64,000 nt of DNA, taken from the IMG/VR virus record IMGVR_UViG_3300032305_001732, positions 12,585-76,584 of that record. One strand, given 5' to 3'. The notes below the pieces were generated by a model. That model was not told the origin of the DNA, did no database searches, and saw only the letters and a list, made by a program, of their open reading frames with translations. The position numbers and the translations under genes were made by a program. The stretch comes from a virus. Lineage: Duplodnaviria > Caudoviricetes. Shown in pieces: positions 54,025-61,397 of the stretch; the first letter of the stretch is position 1; every line of letters begins with the position of its first letter.

Positions 54025-55347
54025 ATGGCACGGACGCCTCGCTCGCTGTTTGCGCAACTTAACGCGCTTGCTGAAGAAATTTCGCAGAATGCTGAAAAGG
54101 TTGCCGCTGCAAAGTCGGCTTCGCCCGTTCCCGCTGATCCGGGCGGTTACCAGGGCGCTTCAGCGCACCCCAGCACAAGTGTTGATAACAACGTGCAGAA
54201 GGCCACGACTGGCTCGCGCGCCGCTGAGTACGAAGCTGACGTTAAGAAGCAGCAGGGCGCTCTGGCCGTTGATAACACAGCCGAGATGTCACAGGAAGGT
54301 CGTCAGGACGACGTTCAGCTGAACATCGGCGTTAACGTTGCCGCGACTGGCGAAGATCCGGCTGCTGAGAAGGATTACAAGGGCACGAAGGACGACCCGG
54401 GTACCTCGCATCCCGCCAAGGCCACTGACGGCGAGAAGTACAGCGCAGTCACTTTCAAGGAAGCTCACGTTAAGTGCAGCAACCTTGGTAACGAGATCCT
54501 CGCTGACCTTATCAATTTTGGTGACCAGGCGATCGCTGGCAAGCAAGCCGGCGAGATGCCCGACTTCATCAAGAAGAAGATCGACGAAAAAAAAGACAAG
54601 TCCGACGGCGAGTCCAAAGGCGAGCTTAAAGGCGACCAGCACAAGCTGGACGTAGACGGCGACGGCAAGATCGAGGGTTCGGACCTTTCGTCGCTCCGTA
54701 ACGGTAAAGAAGCCGCTTTTAGCGCCGGTTACGAGCTGGCCGCTGCGCTTGGTTTAGACAAGCAAGCTGCCGAAGCTAGCGTACGTGACGTTTGCGCCAA
54801 TACGCTCCGCGAGGCTGACGAGATGGCTGACCTGTTCGTTGGCTTCTACAGCGCGAAGACCGCTGGCGCCGACCCGACCGAAGAAGCTGCCGAAGGCGAA
54901 GACCACAGTGCTCCGGCTGACGGCGAGTCAGGCGAAGCTGCCCTTGGCGGCGAAGAGATGATGGGCGGCGAGGCTGCGCCCGGCGTTGAAGAAATGATGG
55001 GCGGCGCTCCTGCGGCCGGCGTCGAGCCGTCGGAACAGGAAGCACTGCAGGAGCTGGCAATGGCTCTTCAAGAGCTTGGCATTTCACCTGAAGAGCTTCT
55101 GGCTGGCCTAACAGGCGGCGGCGAGATGGGCGGCATGGGTGGCGGAGCCGAAGCTGCTGCTGCGCCGATGGCCGACCCGATGGCCGCTCCGAAAATGGCG
55201 GCGGCGGCTGAACTCAAGACGATCGGCGCTGCTGTGTCGGAGTTCAAGCGTTCCGGCAACTTCGAGATCAAAGAGGCGCGCACCAAGCGGTCGCGTCAAC
55301 TGCGTGACATTATGAAGGCTCACGTGCGCGAGCTCACAAGTCGTTGA
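54025..55347 (+). CDS. Scaffold / prohead core protein
   Basis: Acidic, Ala-rich and low-complexity; lies between the protease and capsid genes; many K-x-A sites; EF-hand-like DVDGDGKIEGSD loop. Confidence 0.6.
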   Translation: MARTPRSLFAQLNALAEEISQNAEKVAAAKSASPVPADPGGYQGASAHPSTSVDNNVQKATTGSRAAEYEADVKKQQGALAVDNTAEMSQEGRQDDVQLNIGVNVAATGEDPAAEKDYKGTKDDPGTSHPAKATDGEKYSAVTFKEAHVKCSNLGNEILADLINFGDQAIAGKQAGEMPDFIKKKIDEKKDKSDGESKGELKGDQHKLDVDGDGKIEGSDLSSLRNGKEAAFSAGYELAAALGLDKQAAEASVRDVCANTLREADEMADLFVGFYSAKTAGADPTEEAAEGEDHSAPADGESGEAALGGEEMMGGEAAPGVEEMMGGAPAAGVEPSEQEALQELAMALQELGISPEELLAGLTGGGEMGGMGGGAEAAAAPMADPMAAPKMAAAAELKTIGAAVSEFKRSGNFEIKEARTKRSRQLRDIMKAHVRELTSR

Positions 55348-55366
55348 TATTTAAACGGAGGTTTCC

Positions 55367-55792
55367 ATGTCCGATAAGAATGTTTTAGCGCAGAAGGTCA
55401 TCGACTACATCGGATTTTCCGACGTAGCGATGAGCAAAGCTGCAGAAGTTATTAAGACCCGCGACGAGCAGCAGGCTAAGGTTGCCGCGCTGATTCCGGA
55501 AGCGGTGAAGGCTTGCGCGGAGAACGAGCGCATCGAGTCGCACCAGAAAGAAGCTCTGGCGGCTGCGCTGCAAGACCCGGTACGTGCGATGGAGCTGATT
55601 GTTAAATTAGCCTCCCACCGCAACGCCGCCGAGCTGTCTCGTATCGGCACGCCGACGACTACGCAGAAGTCTGCTAGCTATGATCCGAATAACAGCGTCA
55701 CAAGCTCTTACGTGGGCGCTCGTGACGGAAAGCTCAGGGCTTCTGACATTAAGTTGTTCACTGGCCTTGGTTTGAATCCGCCCACAACCTGA
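55367..55792 (+). CDS. Head-associated helical protein
   Basis: GGAGG SD; located in the head operon; QKSA motif. Confidence 0.6.
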   Translation: MSDKNVLAQKVIDYIGFSDVAMSKAAEVIKTRDEQQAKVAALIPEAVKACAENERIESHQKEALAAALQDPVRAMELIVKLASHRNAAELSRIGTPTTTQKSASYDPNNSVTSSYVGARDGKLRASDIKLFTGLGLNPPTT

Positions 55793-55840
55793 GTACGTAG
55801 ATACCACAAGTTCCCTTAAATAAGACACGGAGGTCTTAAT

Positions 55841-56398
55841 ATGTCAGCTCCCGATCTTCCCTTCGAACATGCCATTGATATCAAAAAGGGCTGGTTCGAC
55901 ATGGCGTCGCTCGACTACTCAGCCAAGCTGGGCACCGTCGGCTACACCCTTCCGCGTGGTCGCGTTGTGCATCTTGAGCACGTAAACGGTAAGGAAGTTT
56001 TCCTGCCCGGCGTGCGCAAGACGGACGTGGCTATTTTCCTGCTTAACGGCGCCAACGATGCCGACGTTTCAAACGACGGCACGACCGCTTCGGGCAAATT
56101 TGTGCAGCAGGCGATCTCGCCGAGCGGCAAGATGTCCGGCGTGGTAGCCACAGGCGGTTACGAAATCGACTCGACTGAGTTCGACTCGAGCCGTTCTTAC
56201 GTCGCTGGTGATCTGTTAACTGCCCCGACCGGCGCGCTGCTTGCGAATGCCGCCACCGGTGGCGTGTTAACAAACGCTAGCGTTGTACAGTTTGTCGCGC
56301 CGGTGGTCGGCGTGGTGTCCAGTGGTAAGCACGTAAACCATAACGGCGTCAGCACGTTGTCGTTCTGGAGCGTGTGGCTCCCCGGCTCCGCCAGCTGA
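55841..56398 (+). CDS. Head decoration / capsid cement protein
   Basis: GGAGG SD; immediately upstream of the MCP; small beta-rich Gly/Val protein (YVAGDLLT, VVGVV). Confidence 0.55.
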   Translation: MSAPDLPFEHAIDIKKGWFDMASLDYSAKLGTVGYTLPRGRVVHLEHVNGKEVFLPGVRKTDVAIFLLNGANDADVSNDGTTASGKFVQQAISPSGKMSGVVATGGYEIDSTEFDSSRSYVAGDLLTAPTGALLANAATGGVLTNASVVQFVAPVVGVVSSGKHVNHNGVSTLSFWSVWLPGSAS

Positions 56399-56443
56399 AA
56401 CTAGTTCTTAACTCACCTATACGGGAACACGGAGGTTCCAAAA

Positions 56444-57370
56444 ATGCCTACACAGCAAGAAATCCAACTGCTCAACGAAACACTGTTTGAGCAGCTCGAT
56501 ACCCCCGGCATGCAGAAGCAGGCCGTTGATGCAGTAAATGACTTCACGCGCACAAAGATGCGTGAAGACGGTTTCTACCGTCGGATTATGCCCCCGCTGA
56601 CTATCACCAACGACGAGCTCGACCGTCAGGTTGACACTGACAAGCCCGTCAAGGTTGTGGACAAGGAGCCTGATTCGCCGGCCGCCGTGTCGATCCCCTT
56701 CGCCACGCTGCCTGTTAACTTTTACATCCGTGGCCCGCGTTACCGCGTCATGTTTGACCGGATCGTGTCGCCTCGCGCTGTGAAGGACGTCGACGAACTG
56801 CGGACCTACGTCATGGACATTCGACAGGTTCTGTCGGACAACATGATTAAGGACATGCTCGCCGAAGAGGACGGAAAGTTCATGGCCGCGATCAACGCTG
56901 TGCTCCCGACCGCGGGCGCCCCGGCTGTTGGCTCGGGCGAAGTTCAATACGAGGAGATCTACGGTGGTATCACCCGCGAGACGCTGGTTGATGCCCTCAA
57001 GATCATGCCGCGTACGGCTTCGCACTTCGAGGTTGAGACTTGCCTCGTGAATAACCTCACGATCAAGGAGCTCCTCAAGTTCGGTCGCGACGAAATGGGT
57101 GGTGACTTCTCGCAAGACATCATCAAGAACGGCTGGGCGGAAACCAATTTCCTCAACTGCCGCTGGATTGTCACGATCAAGACCGGCCTTGTCCCGACGG
57201 ACAGCCTGTTCATGTTCGCGTCGCCGAAGTTTATCGGAAAGAACTACGAGCTCGAGCCCACCACGATGTACATCCGTCGTGAGGCTTACATGCTCGAGTA
57301 CTTTGCGTACGAGACGACTGGCGGCTCGTTCGGTCACACGAACGGTCTGGCTCGCGTTGATTTCAAGTGA
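56444..57370 (+). CDS. Major capsid protein (HK97 fold)
   Basis: GGAGG SD, strongly biased codons, and position after protease, scaffold and decoration genes; RTKMREDGFYRRIMP...DKEPDSPA and KDVDELRTY...EEDGKF pattern; MQKQA leader. Confidence 0.75.
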   Translation: MPTQQEIQLLNETLFEQLDTPGMQKQAVDAVNDFTRTKMREDGFYRRIMPPLTITNDELDRQVDTDKPVKVVDKEPDSPAAVSIPFATLPVNFYIRGPRYRVMFDRIVSPRAVKDVDELRTYVMDIRQVLSDNMIKDMLAEEDGKFMAAINAVLPTAGAPAVGSGEVQYEEIYGGITRETLVDALKIMPRTASHFEVETCLVNNLTIKELLKFGRDEMGGDFSQDIIKNGWAETNFLNCRWIVTIKTGLVPTDSLFMFASPKFIGKNYELEPTTMYIRREAYMLEYFAYETTGGSFGHTNGLARVDFK

Positions 57371-57394
57371 TTTAACCATTAAGGAGCACAGACC

Positions 57395-57778
57395 ATGGAC
57401 CAGGTAAAGCAGGCGGCTGAGCAGGGTTATGCCACGTTAGTGGCGGAGCTTGCCGCGCCGTACTTTTTCGAGAAGCTTTCGGCGCACGGTATTTCGCCGC
57501 GCTCTGAGGACGAGGCCGCAGAAATGTGGACCGCAGCCCAAAAGCTTCATGTGCTCTATACGGCGGAGCAGCAAAAGGCTGCAGCCGTGCAGACCTCCAA
57601 ACTCGCGAGCGCCAACGCACAGCTTGATGCTGCGCTTGTCGCCGCGGGCTTGGCGGGTTCTGAAAAAGTTGCAGCGTTCAACCAAGCTGCCGAGGTAGCC
57701 GCCCAGCACGCCAACATCGCCGACGCGGTGTTAAAGCTGCAGGCTGCCGCGGCTATTGCTCTGCAGAATGCGGGCTAA
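57395..57778 (+). CDS. Head-associated Ala-rich protein
   Basis: AAGGAG SD; VKQA, QKAA, SKLA and EKVA motifs. Confidence 0.6.
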   Translation: MDQVKQAAEQGYATLVAELAAPYFFEKLSAHGISPRSEDEAAEMWTAAQKLHVLYTAEQQKAAAVQTSKLASANAQLDAALVAAGLAGSEKVAAFNQAAEVAAQHANIADAVLKLQAAAAIALQNAG

Positions 57779-57796
57779 TTTCAACTAGGAGCTAAT

Positions 57797-58162
57797 ATGC
57801 CAAATACGACAACTGATCTCTATACGACTGTAAAGAACGTTTCTGGGGTAACTCAGACGTTCGGTTTTCTTGGTAAGCACGGCAAGCGACTTGATAACAA
57901 CGAGACCTATTCGGTTCGTGGGGATCTTGTCGGTGCTCTCGGCGCAGAACGCAGCACACGGCGTTTTGCTGCTCTTGAGCGAGCGCTGAATGCCGGCGCA
58001 CTGGACATTGTGAAGTCTCCGTCGGTGTACCTGCTTAGCGAAACGGGTGGCATCACCCGCGAACTCGGCATGGCGTCGACTAAGGAGCTTGGCACAACTG
58101 TTCCGTCGTTCGACGGCGGTGGTGACTTCACCGAAGGCGATCTTAACGCCAACGACGCTTGA
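57797..58162 (+). CDS. Hypothetical virion protein
   Basis: AGGAG SD; last gene before the head-operon terminator. Confidence 0.6.
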   Translation: MPNTTTDLYTTVKNVSGVTQTFGFLGKHGKRLDNNETYSVRGDLVGALGAERSTRRFAALERALNAGALDIVKSPSVYLLSETGGITRELGMASTKELGTTVPSFDGGGDFTEGDLNANDA

Positions 58163-58193
58163 GTTTAATTATCGCGATTAGTCGTGATAAGAT

Positions 58194-58227
58194 AAGGGCT
58201 GGCCTTCGGGCCGGCCCTTTGTCTTTT
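58194..58227 (+). terminator. Rho-independent terminator ending the capsid operon
   Basis: AAGGGCTGGCC-TTCG-GGCCGGCCCTT with a C(UUCG)G loop, then TGTCTTTT. Confidence 0.85.
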
Positions 58228-58243
58228 ATATAGCGAGCTAAAC

Positions 58244-59245
58244 ATGGTTGTAATTGCTACGCCTAATCCCGCGCCCGAAACACCGTGCTGCGCGAATACG
58301 AATACGCCGGCTGAGTCGCTACCGAATCCTGTACCGTTCGCGGGACAGAACGTGGTCAGCGCACCTATTTCTAAAGTAAACGGCGCGCCAATTCTTTCCA
58401 GAATGCGCGCTGTGTCGATAAGCCAAGGACAAGCTGCAACTGTAGAGTGGCAGTTGCACGATAAAGAGGGCGCGCCTATTAATCTATCCGCCGCTAATTT
58501 AGGGCAAACAGGAAATCCGCTGCGGCTTGTTTTCCGCATGAAGGAACAAATACGGCTTGGCGAGTGGCAGATTCCGGCCGAGTTGCCTGTGACAGTTGTT
58601 GAAGCGGCGACAGGTAAAGTATCTGTGGCGCTTACGCCTGCTTCAGTGGCGTTGCCTGGCGTTTTTTACGCGGAGATAGCACTTGTAAATACCGCCGCAG
58701 GCAGCCCGGCTTATGACGCCGTTGTATTTTCAAACTTATTCTCTTTGATTATCTCACGCAGCACGTTTAGTACGGCTGTTACTGGCGGGCCACCTACTAT
58801 GGCAGAGATTCGCCTGCATTTACGCGACTCTAGCCCCCAGGAAAGCTTTCTACTCGATAGCCTGATGTTTGACGACGCAGAAATTGCGCTGGCTATTGCG
58901 CGCCCTGTGCAATACTGGAACGAGATCCCGCCGCCTATCGGCGTATTTGATACAAACACGTTTCCATTCAGGTATCACTGGCTCGAAGGTATCTGCGCGA
59001 ATTTATTTTTTATGGTGGCTGAGCAGTTTAGACGCAATCAATTAAGCTACTCTGCTGCGGGCGTATCTTTAGACGACCAGAACAAAGAGCCGAACTACGA
59101 ACGTGCCGGGCAGATGCGCTGGGACGCGTACCGTACATGGGTGCGGGCCAAAAAGGCTGAAATTAACCTAGAAGGCGCGTACGGCGAGATCGGGTCACTG
59201 TACCAATACGGAGTCTACTCGTCTGGTATTCGTTCTCGTTATTGA
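58244..59245 (+). CDS. Neck / head-tail adaptor protein with N-terminal BppU-like beta domain
   Basis: Position after the MCP; VVEAATGKVSVALTP...G.FYAEI beta domain; EIRLHLRD and SYSAAGVSLD adaptor-like C-terminus. Confidence 0.55.
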   Translation: MVVIATPNPAPETPCCANTNTPAESLPNPVPFAGQNVVSAPISKVNGAPILSRMRAVSISQGQAATVEWQLHDKEGAPINLSAANLGQTGNPLRLVFRMKEQIRLGEWQIPAELPVTVVEAATGKVSVALTPASVALPGVFYAEIALVNTAAGSPAYDAVVFSNLFSLIISRSTFSTAVTGGPPTMAEIRLHLRDSSPQESFLLDSLMFDDAEIALAIARPVQYWNEIPPPIGVFDTNTFPFRYHWLEGICANLFFMVAEQFRRNQLSYSAAGVSLDDQNKEPNYERAGQMRWDAYRTWVRAKKAEINLEGAYGEIGSLYQYGVYSSGIRSRY

Positions 59246-59267
59246 TAGCTAAAAATCGAGAATACCT

Positions 59268-60482
59268 ATGTCATTACAAAAAACATACCCGTTCCGCCGC
59301 GTTTCCGTAGATCACATACTCTACGGACCCACGCGCGTGTGGTGGCAGCTAGAGCCGGAATTTAATGATCCGGGCCCGTATACGTTTCAATTACAGGTTG
59401 GCGGCACAGGTTTACAAGAAGCTGACGACTGGCAATCAATTGGCGCGCCGATAATTAACGGCTATACAGCCATTGATAATAAACGGCATGCTGCTGGTAC
59501 TGTAATAGACGCACATTATCGCGTCACGCTTACAACAGCCAACGGCGTGTACGTATCGCAGAATTCGCCAAGCACAGGCGAATTGGATGAGCGAGACTGG
59601 ACGTTATCGCGCGAGATTATTCGAAAAGAGCGACTCCGCCACCGCAAGGTAGCTATTAGCGGTTACCTAATTAAAGCGTTTAGATACGGTCCGCCCTGCC
59701 CGCGCTGCCGTGACCCGCTAACACAAGAATCATCTGATATCGATTGTCCAGTTTGCTATGGCACTGGCTGGGAAAATGGTTATCACCCGCCGCTCCCGTT
59801 ACAGTGCTGGGATTTAAGCCCACAGGTAATCGAGGAAAACCTAGATATTAACTTACGGGGAACTACACGCGAGAACGCTTTAGTTACTGCGCGCGTAATT
59901 GGATTTCCCGCGCTGAATTACCGAGATATCTGGGTAAATGGTACAAGCGACGAGCGGTGGACTTTGCGTTCTGTAAAGGTAGCCGCTGCTGTTCGTGGGG
60001 TTCCGCTTGTTTACGAAGTGCAAATGGAGCTAATCCCGCTTAGCGACGTTTCGTACAACATTCCGCTGGCTTCGGCTGAAACAGGGCCGCCAACATCACT
60101 CCCTACTGCTGGATCCGGCTGCGAAACTGTGTCATATAATTACGCCGGTTTAGACCTGCGTTATTTAACAGCCGCTGCGACGCCAATTGCCGGCGCGCGC
60201 GTTTACGCATTTAAAAAAGCGGATTATGACCGCGGTTTTCCAGACCACCCACCGCGACAACTAGCGGTTGCCGGCACCGAAACAAACGCAACAGGTGCTT
60301 GGGTGCGCGATCTGCGCTTGGATCCAGGTGCGTATGTATTGCTGTACGAAAAAGCTAATGAATTCGGCCCAGACACAAAAACTATAACTGTTGTTGAGTC
60401 TGTTCCTGCCCCCGGGTCTTCTGCTACATCGTCCTCGTCGGCTAGGGCTATCCGCCGCGTAGATACTTTCTGGGATATCTAA
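59268..60482 (+). CDS. Head closure / neck protein with zinc finger
   Basis: CPRC...CPVCYGTGW..GY motif of large-myovirus neck proteins; C-terminal transthyretin-like domain. Confidence 0.55.
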   Translation: MSLQKTYPFRRVSVDHILYGPTRVWWQLEPEFNDPGPYTFQLQVGGTGLQEADDWQSIGAPIINGYTAIDNKRHAAGTVIDAHYRVTLTTANGVYVSQNSPSTGELDERDWTLSREIIRKERLRHRKVAISGYLIKAFRYGPPCPRCRDPLTQESSDIDCPVCYGTGWENGYHPPLPLQCWDLSPQVIEENLDINLRGTTRENALVTARVIGFPALNYRDIWVNGTSDERWTLRSVKVAAAVRGVPLVYEVQMELIPLSDVSYNIPLASAETGPPTSLPTAGSGCETVSYNYAGLDLRYLTAAATPIAGARVYAFKKADYDRGFPDHPPRQLAVAGTETNATGAWVRDLRLDPGAYVLLYEKANEFGPDTKTITVVESVPAPGSSATSSSSARAIRRVDTFWDI

Positions 60483-60563
60483 TGCTTTTACCCGTTATAA
60501 CGCTCAAAAAAAAGTTTGATCCGACTCCGGCTAGTAAATTGACGCCGCAAATTTCTCTGCGGT

Positions 60564-61298
60564 GTGAGCTACCTAAATCAGACTCGCTACGAAAGCATCT
60601 TACACATGTCGCACAACGACCACAGTGATGACTGCCCGATAGATCCAGCGCCTGAAAACCGCGTGCAGAAGGTAAGCGCGTTGTGTTCATATGGCACACG
60701 CCCGCACGTAATGACAGGTCTTTTACGGCAGCTTCTTATTCAGCATTTCGTAGACCCCAATAACATCGACGAGCCGAAACTACGTCAAAAGTTTCTTGAG
60801 GTTGGCGGCTGGAAACAAAACGAAAACGGCCTAAATGACGGCGGTATTTTGATCGAAAGTATTACGCGCTGGCTCCCAAATGACGAAGATAAACGACCTG
60901 CAGTTTTAATTAAACGCAATGACTGGTCGTGGCAAAGAGTCGGTATTGGCGATAAAGCAGGCAGCGACTATACGGTCGGTTCCACAAATTACCTTGGTTT
61001 GTGGGAGGGCAGTCATACGTTATACTGTTTATCGTTAACTGGCTTAGAAACAGAGCTGCTAGCAATTGAAGTTGTTAAATTTTTGCAGCATTTCGGGCCG
61101 TGGATTCGCGATCAGATGGACCTTAAACGGTTCATGATTACGCAAGTTGGTGGAGTAGGAGAGGTTAAAGAGGTGGTGCAGGGGTATGCCGTTCCTGTCA
61201 CCGTGTCATATGTTGCCGAGGAGTCTTGGTCGCTCCAGCCGTATGCGCCGCGATTAAAGCGGATTGTCTTAAAGGCGTCGGAATTATTCACTTGCTAA
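60564..61298 (+). CDS. Tail completion / terminator-like protein (start uncertain; ATG at 60606 possible)
   Basis: Immediately upstream of the sheath; RPAVLIKR motif. Confidence 0.5.
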   Translation: MSYLNQTRYESILHMSHNDHSDDCPIDPAPENRVQKVSALCSYGTRPHVMTGLLRQLLIQHFVDPNNIDEPKLRQKFLEVGGWKQNENGLNDGGILIESITRWLPNDEDKRPAVLIKRNDWSWQRVGIGDKAGSDYTVGSTNYLGLWEGSHTLYCLSLTGLETELLAIEVVKFLQHFGPWIRDQMDLKRFMITQVGGVGEVKEVVQGYAVPVTVSYVAEESWSLQPYAPRLKRIVLKASELFTC

Positions 61299-61397
61299 AA
61301 TAACGCTGAGCAGGGTGTTTATTTTACATTTCTTGTTTTCTATACTGGTAATTAACGACCAACCGAACACAGCTACACGCTACGGAGAGCTTTAACT

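Noticed and set aside
56417-57379. 320 aa minus-strand ORF over the major capsid gene
   Set aside because: A shadow ORF caused by the strong codon bias of the MCP; no SD sequence or motif. The same applies to the many shorter minus-strand ORFs in the track.
60482-60628. 48-codon ORF with an A-AAA-AAG slippery heptamer (60508-60514) upstream of the tail-completion gene
   Set aside because: The -1 frame hits TGA at 60517 and the +1 frame hits TGA at 60540, so no frameshift fusion is possible. The ORF itself is unsupported.
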